This document shows positions 29,966 through 41,594 of a DNA stretch of 64,000 nucleotides, one piece after another; position 1 is the first letter of the stretch; every line of letters starts with the position of its first letter. Position numbers and translations under genes: made by a program. The notes under the pieces were generated by a model. It searched no databases. It had not been told where the DNA came from and saw only the letters and a list, made by a program, of their open reading frames with translations. This stretch comes from Capsulimonadales bacterium (GTDB taxonomy: Bacteria > Armatimonadota > Armatimonadia > Armatimonadales > Armatimonadaceae): positions 15,810 to 79,809 of the forward strand of contig JANRLW010000038.1 in assembly GCA_033762295.1 (NCBI GenBank), given 5' to 3'.

Positions 29966-31912
29966 TCAGGAGATAGGAGAAAGATTGGGCGTACCGTCGT
30001 CGTTTTTCGGTTCGGCCTTCGGTTCTCCGGCCGGTTCCGTTTTCGGTTCGGCCGCTTCGCCCTTCGGTTCCGGGGCGGTCGTCGGTCCGGGCAACGCTTC
30101 CGGAGCGACCAGTTCCAGGCGGGTGGCCGTCAGTTTCCCGCCGGTATAGATCCCGACGGCATGCACGGTACGTCCGGATTTGGCCGCCTGCCAGAACGAG
30201 GCCGATGCCAGGAACTGCCCCTTCTCATCCCGGTACGCGGTGGCCGCCGTCGCCACGACCGGGATTTTCGAGCGGTCCCCACGGGCGACGATCCCCTGCC
30301 AGAGCGTCAGCGAACCCAGGGTCAGCGTCCCCGCTTTCTCATCCGCACTCTGCGCCGTTCCGGTGACGGTCGCCTCGTGGGCGGTCCCCGGCGTATTCTC
30401 CTCCAGGCGAACGGTCTTTCCGCGCAGTGAACCCGTGACCGGTTCGTAGGCTCCGGTGACGGACACGGTCGCCCCCGGTCGGGCCGTCAGCGCGGCATGG
30501 AACTCGTCATGGGTCAGCAGGACGCCCCCCCGTGACCGATAGACGACGTCCGGCGACATCTGCACGGTCACCGCCGCGAACGTGGGCAGGATTCCCTCCG
30601 CCTGAGTCGCAGTCAGCACCAGAAGATGGTTTTTGCTGTCCGCGGCGGTCACCGCCCCTCGAATGGTCGTCATCTCTCCGGTCGGTCCGTCCCCGTTCAG
30701 CAGGGTGATTCGCTCGGCGAGCACCCGCTTCGTCACCGGGTCCAGAATCCCGCGAACGGCGGCTTTCTTCCCTTCCGGGAGCGTGGGATTGGGAGTAGGC
30801 CCCTCGTTATCGAAAACGGTCGCCTCCCCCGCCTGAACGGTTACGCTTCGATTCGTTCCCAGGGTAAGGGTAAAGAGCAGACCGTCGGGGGAGAGTTCCG
30901 GCGCAACGGTCGGGGCGGGTGTCTGAGCAACGGTCGGGGCAACGGATGGCGCGGTGGTCGGTGCGGTCTCGTCGGAGGCAGGCGTTCCCGTGATCGCCGC
31001 TCCCTCCTTCGGCTCCGCTCTCCCCGGCGATTTTTCCGACGGACGGTCGGTGTTTTTCGCCGCCAGCTCCTTCGCTTTTTCCTTCGCTTTCGGTTCGACC
31101 GGTGTCGTCACCGGGGTTTCGGGAGTGTTTCGTGGGGAGGACGACGACTCGCCGGCGGTTTCCTCCGACGTCTTCGGCGTGTCCTTGCCGGTCAACTCCC
31201 TGACCGTCCCGACAAAGGTCGTCGGGATCTGCCGCGCAAGATCGCTCAATCCGTCCTGGTCGCCCTCGCGCAGGGCAGGAGTGATCCGGCCGTCGGCGAC
31301 CTGCATCCCTGCCAGATCGAAATCGATGACGAGGTTTTCTCGCCCGTTGCCCAGATCGCGAGGTCGGGTCAGCGGAAAGGACAGGATCGGGTTTTCCCGT
31401 TCGTCCTTCGGCAGCAGATCGGCCAGCGGCGTGAGCACCCCGGTCGGGGCGTCGGGGGAGAAGCGGGAGAAGGACGGGCCGAACGTCACACGCGCGCGGA
31501 TGTAGGCTTTTCCGGACGGAACTCCCGGACAGGCCAGCAACTGGAAACGGCGTCCCCCCGTCTCGTACAGGGTCGTCAGGTCAACGTTCGCTCCGTCCTG
31601 CGCTTCAAAAACGGTGACCGCTTTCTCCTGAATATCGATCAGTTCGACCTTGAGGATGCCCGCCCAGAGGCGACCGCTTTTCTCGGCCTTTTTGCCGTCC
31701 GGCGTCGCGGAGAGGAAGATGCCGACCCGTCCGACCTGCCCCTCGGCGCGAACATTCCCATCGGCGGGCGCGTCGGCCGATCGCGGCGTACCGGTCAGGC
31801 CCTCCGTACGTCCGGGGGTCGTATTATTTCCCGAGCCGCTGCCACAGCCGGACACAATCGCCGCCGTCAGGGCCGCCGTCCACCATCCGCCGGTTCTTCG
31901 AGCCGTTGCCAT
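29966..31912 (-). CDS. Lipoprotein with DUF4382-like and DUF5666-like domains
   Basis: VSGC lipobox; VDLTTL...LVIDFDL; repeated V.V.G...A.RI OB-like units; GAGGTGG SD. Confidence 0.6.
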   Translation of the reverse strand: MATARRTGGWWTAALTAAIVSGCGSGSGNNTTPGRTEGLTGTPRSADAPADGNVRAEGQVGRVGIFLSATPDGKKAEKSGRLWAGILKVELIDIQEKAVTVFEAQDGANVDLTTLYETGGRRFQLLACPGVPSGKAYIRARVTFGPSFSRFSPDAPTGVLTPLADLLPKDERENPILSFPLTRPRDLGNGRENLVIDFDLAGMQVADGRITPALREGDQDGLSDLARQIPTTFVGTVRELTGKDTPKTSEETAGESSSSPRNTPETPVTTPVEPKAKEKAKELAAKNTDRPSEKSPGRAEPKEGAAITGTPASDETAPTTAPSVAPTVAQTPAPTVAPELSPDGLLFTLTLGTNRSVTVQAGEATVFDNEGPTPNPTLPEGKKAAVRGILDPVTKRVLAERITLLNGDGPTGEMTTIRGAVTAADSKNHLLVLTATQAEGILPTFAAVTVQMSPDVVYRSRGGVLLTHDEFHAALTARPGATVSVTGAYEPVTGSLRGKTVRLEENTPGTAHEATVTGTAQSADEKAGTLTLGSLTLWQGIVARGDRSKIPVVATAATAYRDEKGQFLASASFWQAAKSGRTVHAVGIYTGGKLTATRLELVAPEALPGPTTAPEPKGEAAEPKTEPAGEPKAEPKNDDGTPNLSPIS

Positions 31913-32127
31913 GTTCGTTCCACCTCGCTCCGTCCCTAACATTTTCGGACGGCAGTACACCGTTCCTGCTTCGATTCCGCGCCCGGTTATGTGAATAATA
32001 TCACTTCGATCCCTGGCTCGGCGAGGGGGGTTTCCGCAGGGATCGCCCGACCGTTATCGTGTTGCGGGAAAACGTTCATTTATAGTTATTAGACATAATT
32101 CACCGGTAAAATAGCCTAAAATGTACA

Positions 32128-32157
32128 TTGCGTTCTCCGGTTCTCCTGTGCTACAAT
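32128..32157 (+). promoter_or_regulatory. Putative extended -10 promoter
   Basis: TTGCGT-N18-TACAAT with a TG extension. Confidence 0.5.
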
Positions 32158-32236
32158 GCCGCACAACACTTCCGGATGAAGCGGCGTCCGCGCCGCCCGT
32201 TCGTGAAGTGCCTCGTGCAAGGAACCAATCTTTACT

Positions 32237-32710
32237 ATGGCTGACGACCCTGAAGAAGGCTTTGTGATCCGTGACCGCCGCCGTTTTACGAGCGAGCTGA
32301 ACGCCGGACCGGCAGCCGCCCCGACCGACTCTCCCGCCGCACCGGAGGCGACGCCGCCCCCGGCTGAGGAGATTCCGTCCTCTCTGTTGGTCGAGGAGAC
32401 GTTCGCCGAGGAGGCGTACGATTCCGAGGACATGGGCAACGATAACTCGGTTCCCGATGTCTACTCGGTCCTGATTCTCTTCCTGGGAGAGATGCGGAAC
32501 CATGCGCTCCTCCGGATGGGGCTTGTTCACAATCCGATGACCGGGCAGATCGAGCGCGACCTTCAGCAGGCCCGAATCGCCATCAACACGGCCACGTTTC
32601 TTGCCGAACAACTGGAGCCGGTCCTTCCTCAGGAGGAACGACTGCCTCTCAGGGCGATGCTCAGCGATCTTCAAATGAACTTTGTCAAGCTGGCGCGCGG
32701 GGCGGAGTAG
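32237..32710 (+). CDS. DUF1844-family protein
   Basis: GFVIRDRRRF; LRMGLVHNPMTG...DLQQARIAI...LSDLQMNFV. Confidence 0.75.
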   Translation: MADDPEEGFVIRDRRRFTSELNAGPAAAPTDSPAAPEATPPPAEEIPSSLLVEETFAEEAYDSEDMGNDNSVPDVYSVLILFLGEMRNHALLRMGLVHNPMTGQIERDLQQARIAINTATFLAEQLEPVLPQEERLPLRAMLSDLQMNFVKLARGAE

Positions 32711-32782
32711 CCGATACACGCCGTTCCCGGTTCGAAACGGCGATGCGGTTCTCCTTCCTCGTTCTCAGGAAGGCAACAGGCC

Positions 32783-33463
32783 ATGACACGGCAGTCGTGG
32801 TTCGCGTCCCCCCGACCGCCCTCGGTTTTACCGGAAATCAACGACGACCGTATTCAGGATTTAAGGGTTCCCTTGCGGAGAACATCCGTGCCCGATCGGA
32901 GAAGAAGTGACATGATCAGGACTGCCTATCCAACGCCACCGGTCCGACAGCTACGGTTACGGCTGGAACTGGCGACCCGACGCACTCGCCGCGCCCTGTT
33001 CGAACGGTGTCGAACGCTTCGCTCTCGTCCGGTCGAAGAGACCAAAGGACATGGTTCCTACGCCGCTTACCTGCGGGAACGCGAAGCCATTCGGAGAAAT
33101 CGTGCCATGTACGATATGTTTGAGAAACAGTTTGACGGACTGGTCGGGGTGGTCTGCTTCGCCGCGCAGGAAGGCATTACCTCGGACGCCGAAACCGAGT
33201 TCGCCCGGTACCGGGCCTGGTTTATGGAGTACTACCATCGGGTCCGACCCTACCTGGCCCCGTACCTCACCCTCCACGAGAATGATGTCACGCCGACACG
33301 CTGGGGTCTGCGCCGATGCGACACCTTCGAGGCGCTCTTTCTACCGGCCAGCATTCAAGCGCTGCTCGATGCCGATAACGGCTGTCTGATCGATCGGTTG
33401 GATCGGGCGCAAAACGCGGTCACCGACTGGTACAACGCCGTCCGTCATGAGGAACGCGCCTGA
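32783..33463 (+). CDS. Hypothetical protein (start uncertain, alternative 32912)
   Basis: ORF fills the gap and ends before a terminator. Confidence 0.55.
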   Translation: MTRQSWFASPRPPSVLPEINDDRIQDLRVPLRRTSVPDRRRSDMIRTAYPTPPVRQLRLRLELATRRTRRALFERCRTLRSRPVEETKGHGSYAAYLREREAIRRNRAMYDMFEKQFDGLVGVVCFAAQEGITSDAETEFARYRAWFMEYYHRVRPYLAPYLTLHENDVTPTRWGLRRCDTFEALFLPASIQALLDADNGCLIDRLDRAQNAVTDWYNAVRHEERA

Positions 33464-33493
33464 ACTCCTCTGCCGAACTCCCGGCATAACGGC

Positions 33494-33517
33494 AAAAGCC
33501 CCGCCTGCGGGGCTTTT
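33494..33517. terminator. Bidirectional intrinsic terminator
   Basis: AAAAGCCCCG-CCTG-CGGGGCTTTT between convergent genes. Confidence 0.85.
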
Positions 33518-33523
33518 CGCTTT

Positions 33524-33889
33524 TCAGACCGGTGCGTCCCCGTCGCAGGTCGCCCGGGCCGCCTCAACGGCTTCGTTCACGCTCTCGAAAACCCGAAAGA
33601 TCCGGATCAAGCGCGTGATCTCGAAGGCACGCAGAACGAACGAGGTGATCCGCGCCAGGAAGACCTCGCCTCCCTTTTCGCGGGTACGCCGCTGGGCGTC
33701 CACCAGCACTCCCAGCGCCGCCGAATCGACATAGGGCACGGAGGCCATGTCCAGAACCAGACAGAACCTGCCCTGCTCGATCAGCGTTTGCAGCGTGGAG
33801 CGTAGCTCCGGGCACGTGTGCAAATCGATCTCCCCGAGGATTCGGATCAGAGGAATCCCGGCCTCGGTCTCGCTTACTTCTATTTCCAC
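33524..33889 (-). CDS. STAS-domain anti-sigma-factor antagonist
   Basis: GEIDL, LDMASVPYVDSAALGVL and FEITRL motifs. Confidence 0.9.
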   Translation of the reverse strand: MEIEVSETEAGIPLIRILGEIDLHTCPELRSTLQTLIEQGRFCLVLDMASVPYVDSAALGVLVDAQRRTREKGGEVFLARITSFVLRAFEITRLIRIFRVFESVNEAVEAARATCDGDAPV

Positions 33890-34159
33890 TCTTTGGTATC
33901 CAACTTTCGCTGTTTCGATACGCGGTCGGCACCCGCCCGGGTCGCTTCGCACGGTCCGATACCCGGACCGACGCTTTCCGCTTTACGCGGCGCGAACCGG
34001 CGGCATTCTCAGAAAACTCCGGAGAAAGTATACCCCTCCCTGCCTGATACTACACGTCTTTATACCTATCCAGGTTCCAAATACCTGACACCCTCCGGTC
34101 CGCCCAACAATCGATGACCGGTTTCCATCCGCCGATAGCCGGATTTGAAACGGGGCGCG

Positions 34160-34189
34160 TTGACAGTCCGCCGGAGACGGTGCTATCAT
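34160..34189 (+). promoter_or_regulatory. gap promoter
   Basis: TTGACA-N18-TATCAT with a TG extension. Confidence 0.7.
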
Positions 34190-34214
34190 CCATATGGGCA
34201 GACGAATGGCATAG

Positions 34215-35348
<1,134 letters not shown>

Positions 35349-35360
35349 CCCCTCTGACCC

Positions 35361-35396
35361 GGTGCCCGTCCGCTCTCCGGGCGGGCATCGTCTTTC
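35361..35396 (+). terminator. Probable terminator after gap
   Basis: GGTGCCCGTCCG/CGGGCGGGCATC stem followed by a short T tract. Confidence 0.55.
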
Positions 35397-35589
35397 CGCT
35401 GACCCCTTCTCGTCGAGCCGTTCTCTCGTTTCAGGATATCTACCGTCGCGTTCGTTTCGAAAATGACCGGTAGGGGCGACGCACCGAACGACGTACCGAT
35501 TCCGGGCAGGAATTCACGTCGAGGCGGAGGAACAGTCCCGGTGTCGACGGGTGTCGTCGACCACTCTTGCCAAAACAGGACCGTCACCG

Positions 35590-37041
35590 ATGTCGAACAC
35601 AACGATCGCCCTCCCCCGCAGTACTCCTGAGGCGCAGGGAATCTCCTCCGAAGCGATTCTCTCCTTTCTCCGCGCCGCCGAAAAGGAACTGGATGCTCTG
35701 CACAGTTTCGTCCTCGTCCGTCACGGAGCGGTCGTCGCCGAAGGATGGTGGCATCCCTATGAGGCGCAAAACCCGCACGTGCTCTTCTCCCTGAGCAAGA
35801 GTTTCACCTCGACCGCCGCCGGATTCGCCGTCGCCGAGGGCCGGTTCACGCTCGACGATCGTGTGGTTTCCTTCTTCCCCGACGACCTGCCGGAGGAGGT
35901 CAGCCCGAACCTGGAAGCGATGACCGTCCGCGATCTGCTCATCATGGGCACCGGGAACGCCGAAGACACGACCGGCTATCTGCACCGCTCTCCCGACGGA
36001 AACTGGGCAAAAGCCTTTCTGGCACGGCCGGTGGAACACACGCCCGGAACGCATTTCGTCTACAATAGCGGCGCGACCTACATGGTCGCGGCGATCCTGC
36101 ACAAAACGACCGGCGAATCCCTCCTCGACTACCTTACGCCACGTCTGCTCGCTCCGCTCGGTATCGAGGGCGCGACCTGGGAAGCCTGTCCGCGCGGTAT
36201 CCATGTCGGAGGGTGGGGCCTCAGTATCACGACCGACGCGATCGCTAAGTTCGGACAACTCTACCTCCGGGACGGCGTTTGGAACGGACGACAGGTTCTT
36301 CCGGTCGGTTGGGTTCAAGAGGCGACGTCCAAACATATTTCCAACGGCGACAATCCGGAAAACGACTGGAATCAGGGCTATGGCTACCAGTTCTGGCGGT
36401 GTCGGCACAATGCCTACCGGGGCGACGGGGCGTTCGGTCAGTTCTGCGTCGTACTGCCCGATCAGGATGCGGTGGTCGCCATCACGGCCGGCCTCGGCTT
36501 TATGGGTTCGGTCCTCGAACTGATCTGGGACGAACTTCTCCCGGCGATGCGGCCCGATTCGCTTCCGGAGAACCCGACCGGAGTCGCCGCCCTGCGCGAC
36601 AAACTCTCGTCGCTGCGTCTTCCCGCCCCGGAAGGCGCGGCGACATCGCCGACCGCCGGACGAGTCTCCGGGCAGGTCTATTCGCTCGCCGAAAATGAAC
36701 CGGGGCTCCGGACGATCGGCTTCGAATTTTCCGGGGAGGGCGCGACCCTGGCTCTGACCGATGCCCGGGGAACGCACACGATCCTCTGTGGCACGGCGAA
36801 CGACTGGCGGAAACATCGAACGACCCTGCACTCGCGCGGGAACGAGACCGCGCCGGTCGCCGCGGTCGGCGCATGGACGAGCGACGATACCTACACCGTC
36901 GTCCTCTACTACACGGAAACCCCCTTCCGCTTCCATCTCCGCGCCACCTTCGGCGAGGACACGCTGGACCTGGAAACCCGAATCAACGTCTCCTTCGGAC
37001 CAACGGACCCGGTCCGTATCGCCGGGCAACGTCAGCCGTAA
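35590..37041 (+). CDS. Serine hydrolase, beta-lactamase (class C-like) family
   Basis: SLSK (SxxK), FVYNS and GYGYQFW motifs. Confidence 0.88.
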   Translation: MSNTTIALPRSTPEAQGISSEAILSFLRAAEKELDALHSFVLVRHGAVVAEGWWHPYEAQNPHVLFSLSKSFTSTAAGFAVAEGRFTLDDRVVSFFPDDLPEEVSPNLEAMTVRDLLIMGTGNAEDTTGYLHRSPDGNWAKAFLARPVEHTPGTHFVYNSGATYMVAAILHKTTGESLLDYLTPRLLAPLGIEGATWEACPRGIHVGGWGLSITTDAIAKFGQLYLRDGVWNGRQVLPVGWVQEATSKHISNGDNPENDWNQGYGYQFWRCRHNAYRGDGAFGQFCVVLPDQDAVVAITAGLGFMGSVLELIWDELLPAMRPDSLPENPTGVAALRDKLSSLRLPAPEGAATSPTAGRVSGQVYSLAENEPGLRTIGFEFSGEGATLALTDARGTHTILCGTANDWRKHRTTLHSRGNETAPVAAVGAWTSDDTYTVVLYYTETPFRFHLRATFGEDTLDLETRINVSFGPTDPVRIAGQRQP

Positions 37042-37097
37042 AGAGCCATCAAGGCCGACCCTCCTCCGCCCGATAATCCCGGACGGAGGACCCTCTC

Positions 37098-37289
37098 ATG
37101 TCACGATTACGAACGGTCATCTGCCTGTCAATGCTGTGGTGCGCGATCTCGCTCACCGGCTGCCGACGGGAGGAAACCCCGGAAGCCGCCGTGAAGGCGG
37201 GTGCAAACTCCCGTGACCGGGCGAAAGCGTTTCAGGCCGAGTCCGAACGACGCCAGCAGGCCGGCGAAGCGCTGCTGAACGGTCGGTAA
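37098..37289 (+). CDS. Small lipoprotein
   Basis: GGAGG SD; LTGC lipobox. Confidence 0.6.
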   Translation: MSRLRTVICLSMLWCAISLTGCRREETPEAAVKAGANSRDRAKAFQAESERRQQAGEALLNGR

Positions 37290-37423
37290 TCCGGTCCGTC
37301 GGCGCTCCCCGATCCGAAAAGGTGAAATCCGTCGTTTCGCGGGAACGCCGATCGCCGAACGGTGGCATAATATCGATGAAGCCATAACGAGATCGGCTCC
37401 CCGAATACCGCACGAAGCAGTGG

Positions 37424-39100
37424 ATGGAGAAGGTCATGCCCTATCGAAACGTCATCGATCCGCTGCTCGCCGCCAGCCCGTTACTCGCGCTTTTTCTGGT
37501 CGCCGCTCTCGGTAACCTCTTTGGCCGATTGAGGATCGCCGGGGCCGGTCTCGGGATCGCCGGAGTCCTGTTCGCCGGGCTGCTCGTCGGCGGCCTCTTT
37601 CCGTCGGCAGCCCTGCCGGAGATCGTCTACCAGCTGGGGCTGGTCCTGTTCGTCTATACGATCGGTCTGAGCAATGGCCGCCTCTTCTTCGCCTCCTTCA
37701 AACGGGGGGGCGGCCGTACCGTCGCGCTGACGCTGGGAGTTCTCGGTATCGCCGGCACGATGGTTTACCTGACCAATCTTCTGCTCCACCTTCCCACGAC
37801 CCGGTTGATCGGCATTTTTTGCGGAAGTCTGACCAACACCCCCGCCCTCGCCGGTGTCCTCGAAATACTGCGAACCGATCCGGCCACGGCGAATCTGGCG
37901 CCGTCGGTCGTCGTCGGGTACTCGCTTTGCTATCCGATGGGAGTCGCCGGAATGATCCTGGTCGTGCTGGCCTACCAGCGACTCCGAAGCGTTCGTTACG
38001 ACCTGCCGGAGACCGCCGTTCCCTCCGAAGGCGCGCGTGAGGTGCCGGCCGGTCAGTTGACGAGCAAAACGATCCGGGTGGACCGGCATGACGTCACCGA
38101 TACCATTCAAACCCTGCGCGAAAAGTACGGATGGGAGGTGGTTTTCTGCCGACTGAAACGCGGAGACGACGCGATCCGGTTGATGCATGCGGAAGACGTT
38201 CCGCAGGTCGGCGACCTGGTCAGCGTGATCGGGACCGCGGACGGGATTGAAGAGGCGACCGTCTTCCTGGGCACTCTCGCCGAACAATCCCTGCTCGAAA
38301 CGCCCTCGCCCCTCGATTACGTGCGTGTCTTCGTTTCCAATCCGAATCTGGCGGGGCAGACCCTGGCCGATCTGCATTTGAACGACCGATTCGGCGCGCT
38401 GATCACCCGGCTTCGACGCGGCGACGTCGAGTTCGTTCCCTCCGGAACGTTTCGCCTCGCTCTCGGCGACCGGGTCCGGGTGGTCGCGCCCCGACGAAAT
38501 GCCGACGCCGTCGTTCGCTTCTTCGGCGATTCCTACCGTCATCTGAGCGAGGTCGATATTCTCACCTTCGGCTTCGGTATCGCCCTCGGCCTGCTGATCG
38601 GGATGATTGCGCTCCCCCTGCCGGGCGGCGGCAGTATCAAACTGGGTCTTGCCGGCGGCCCGCTGATTGTCGCTCTCATTCTCGGCACCGTCGATCGCAC
38701 CGGCCCGTTCGTCTGGAGCCTTCCCTACGGAACGAACCTGACCCTGCGCCAGATCGGAATGGTTCTCTTCCTCGCCGGGGTCGGGACCCGCTCCGGACAG
38801 GCGTTCGCCGCCTCGATCAGCGACCCGCGCAGCCTGATCGTCATCGCTATCGGCGCCCTGATCACGATGACCGCCGCCGCTCTCTTCCTCACCGTCGGCG
38901 ACCGCCTGTTCCGGATTCCGATGCGGACCCTCCTCGGGATGCTGGCCGGTCTTCAGACACAGCCCGCGCTCCTGGGGTTCGCCATCGAACAGACGAAGGA
39001 TGACACCCCCAATGCCGGCTACGCCGCCGTCTACCCGATCGCAACGATCGGGAAGATTCTTCTGGCCCAGTTCCTCCTTCGTCTGCTGACCCCCTCGTAA
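37424..39100 (+). CDS. AspT/YidE/YbjL-family antiporter with TrkA-C domains
   Basis: GLVLFVYTIG, TNTPAL, GLAGGPL and TQPALL motifs; duplicated TM domains. Confidence 0.9.
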   Translation: MEKVMPYRNVIDPLLAASPLLALFLVAALGNLFGRLRIAGAGLGIAGVLFAGLLVGGLFPSAALPEIVYQLGLVLFVYTIGLSNGRLFFASFKRGGGRTVALTLGVLGIAGTMVYLTNLLLHLPTTRLIGIFCGSLTNTPALAGVLEILRTDPATANLAPSVVVGYSLCYPMGVAGMILVVLAYQRLRSVRYDLPETAVPSEGAREVPAGQLTSKTIRVDRHDVTDTIQTLREKYGWEVVFCRLKRGDDAIRLMHAEDVPQVGDLVSVIGTADGIEEATVFLGTLAEQSLLETPSPLDYVRVFVSNPNLAGQTLADLHLNDRFGALITRLRRGDVEFVPSGTFRLALGDRVRVVAPRRNADAVVRFFGDSYRHLSEVDILTFGFGIALGLLIGMIALPLPGGGSIKLGLAGGPLIVALILGTVDRTGPFVWSLPYGTNLTLRQIGMVLFLAGVGTRSGQAFAASISDPRSLIVIAIGALITMTAAALFLTVGDRLFRIPMRTLLGMLAGLQTQPALLGFAIEQTKDDTPNAGYAAVYPIATIGKILLAQFLLRLLTPS

Positions 39101-39212
39101 GCCGGTGACGGTGAGGAAGAACGAGACAGGGAATATAAAAATGGTATAGATGTTTAATTTTGACGATATAATGTCAGGAAATTAGGTAGAAAAACTTAAA
39201 GTCCTGATCCTT

Positions 39213-41594
39213 ATGAGCCATGCGTCCCCTGCGCCGGAGCGAGATCACTCCGCGCCTGCCGATGAACGAAGATTCGTCTCGGAAATGCTGACGATCCCGC
39301 CCCTGGCCGAGATCGAGTCCGTGCCGGCCGCCCCGGAATTCATCCGTCTGCTGGAAGCGTCCGGACAGATGGTCATTGCCTTCAATGACCGGTGGGAATA
39401 TCTTTACCTGAGTCCCGGCGTCGCCGCTCTGGTCGGGAAAAGCCCGGAAGAGATGATCGGTTTCGATGTCTTCGCTCTGTTTCCCGAAACCGAACGCAGT
39501 CCCTTCTTCCGTTACCCGATGCAGGCGATGGCCGAGCAGGTCGCCCTCCGATTCGAGGCGCTCTCTCCCGTCGTCGACCGCTGGTTCGAAGGCCAGGCCG
39601 TCCCGATGATGTCCGGCGGACTTTTGCTCCTGTTAAGGGATATTACGGAGCGAAAGCGGGAGGAGGAACGACTGCGCCTGCTGGAGGCGGCAATCGTGCA
39701 CGCGAACGATGCCATCATGATCACCGATATGGGCGCATCCGGCGAGCGACACGGCGAGGAGAAAGCCCTCGAACCGCAGGGGCCGCGCATTATTTATGTG
39801 AACCCGGCCTTCTCTCGCCTTACCGGCTATTTACCGGAAGAGGCGGTGGGGCGCTCCCCCCGCTTTCTTCAAGGCCCCAACAGCGCCGAACCGACGCGCC
39901 GATATATGCGGAACAAACTGGCCGCACAGGAGCCGTTCCGCGCCGAAATCCTGAACTATCGTCGGGATCGAAGCACCTTCTGGACGGATATCAACGTCCA
40001 TCCGGTGATGAACGAATTCGGCTTCTCGACGCACTGGGTCGCGATTCAGCGGGATATCACGGAACGAAAACAGTACGAAGAGGCATTGCGCCGGAGCGAA
40101 TCCTATCTTCATCAGGTCATTGATTCCAGTCCGAACGCGATTTTGACGCTCGACATGGAGGGCCATCTTCTGTCCGCCAACCGACGAGGCATGGAGATGC
40201 TGGAAACCGATTCGCTGGCGGATATCATCTATACCTTCTGGCTGGAATACTGGAGCGTCGACGATCAATCGACGGTGGAAACCGCATTGCGGGAGGCGAT
40301 GCAGGGGCGAACCTGTCGTATGCAGGGTCAGGGCCGCACCCGGCGCGGCGCGTTCCGCTGGTGGGAAATGATTACCGCTCCTCTCGCTTCCGGGCGCGCG
40401 GAGGCCCTGCAGGTGATGGTCGTGGTCACCGATATCACCGAACAGCGGCATCTGGAGATCGAGCGGGAACGCCTGTTTCAGGATGCGGTGGAACGCGCCG
40501 ACCGCGACTCGCTGACCGGCCTGTGGAATCACCGGGCCTTCAATCGCCAGATGCTCCGAATCACCGAATCCCTTCCTCCGGGCGTTCCCTATGCCCTTCT
40601 GGTGCTGGACGTCAATAATTTCAAGTTTTTCAACGATGCCTACGGCCATATGTACGGCGACGAGGTTCTGATCCTGGTCGCGGATACCCTCCGTGCCAGC
40701 GTTCGCGGCAACGATCTGGTCGGGCGCATGGGCGGCGATGAGTTCGCGATCCTGCTTCCCCGTATGCCGCGCGTGGCCGTCGATCGCTATATCGAACGCC
40801 TGCGGATGCGCATCGGCAAGCTGGGCTTCTCGCCGCCGGGCGGGAATAACAGCGTTCCGCTCGAACTGTCGATCGGCGTTGCCTCCTTCCCGGAGGACGC
40901 CGCTTCCGGCACGGAACTCTTCCGGATCGCCGACGAACGCTGTCTGCGCAACAAGCTGGGGACGCCGGACACCCTGATCGCCGATCTGTACGAAACGCTC
41001 CGCGCCACCGTCCAGGGTTTCACGGTTCTGGATGCGCTGGTCACCTCGGTCGACAATAAGGACCGGTACACCCGCCGTCACAGCGAGGAGGTGGTCCTGT
41101 ACAGCCTCGTCATCGCCGATGAGCTGCAGGTGCCGGAAACCCTGCGCCAGGCTCTGATGAAGGCGGCGCTGGTCCATGATGTCGGCAAGATCGGAGTCCC
41201 GGACCGTATTTTGCGGCATCCGGGCCAGCTTTCCGCCGGGGAGCGGGAACTGATGCAGCGTCATACCCAGATGGGCGAGATCCTGGTGCGCTCCGCCGGG
41301 GGGTTGGACGACACGCTCGACGCCGTTCTGTACCATCATGAGGCATGGGACGGCAGCGGCTACCCACAGGGTCTGGCCGGTGAGGCGATTCCGCTTTCCG
41401 CGCGTATCCTGTCCGTCGCGGACGCCTTTTCGGCGATGACGACCAACCGACCCTACCGGAAAGGGCTGTCGGAGGAGAGCGCACTGGAGTTGCTCCGCCG
41501 GGGCGCGGGCACGCAGTGGGACGAGGTCTGCGTCCGCGCGTTCATCCGTGGCCGACAACGACAAAAAACCGCCCTGAAACCCGTCAACCGGTAG
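39213..41594 (+). CDS. PAS-PAS-PAS-GGDEF-HD-GYP c-di-GMP protein
   Basis: RGND I-site, GGDEF, HDVGK and HHEAWDGSGYP motifs. Confidence 0.92.
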   Translation: MSHASPAPERDHSAPADERRFVSEMLTIPPLAEIESVPAAPEFIRLLEASGQMVIAFNDRWEYLYLSPGVAALVGKSPEEMIGFDVFALFPETERSPFFRYPMQAMAEQVALRFEALSPVVDRWFEGQAVPMMSGGLLLLLRDITERKREEERLRLLEAAIVHANDAIMITDMGASGERHGEEKALEPQGPRIIYVNPAFSRLTGYLPEEAVGRSPRFLQGPNSAEPTRRYMRNKLAAQEPFRAEILNYRRDRSTFWTDINVHPVMNEFGFSTHWVAIQRDITERKQYEEALRRSESYLHQVIDSSPNAILTLDMEGHLLSANRRGMEMLETDSLADIIYTFWLEYWSVDDQSTVETALREAMQGRTCRMQGQGRTRRGAFRWWEMITAPLASGRAEALQVMVVVTDITEQRHLEIERERLFQDAVERADRDSLTGLWNHRAFNRQMLRITESLPPGVPYALLVLDVNNFKFFNDAYGHMYGDEVLILVADTLRASVRGNDLVGRMGGDEFAILLPRMPRVAVDRYIERLRMRIGKLGFSPPGGNNSVPLELSIGVASFPEDAASGTELFRIADERCLRNKLGTPDTLIADLYETLRATVQGFTVLDALVTSVDNKDRYTRRHSEEVVLYSLVIADELQVPETLRQALMKAALVHDVGKIGVPDRILRHPGQLSAGERELMQRHTQMGEILVRSAGGLDDTLDAVLYHHEAWDGSGYPQGLAGEAIPLSARILSVADAFSAMTTNRPYRKGLSEESALELLRRGAGTQWDEVCVRAFIRGRQRQKTALKPVNR

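Noticed and set aside
35590..37041. True beta-lactamase resistance gene
   Set aside because: No signal peptide; generic serine hydrolase with a C-terminal extension
41584..41594. 11-bp convergent overlap of the GGDEF gene and trmFO
   Set aside because: Common in compact genomes; no further signal
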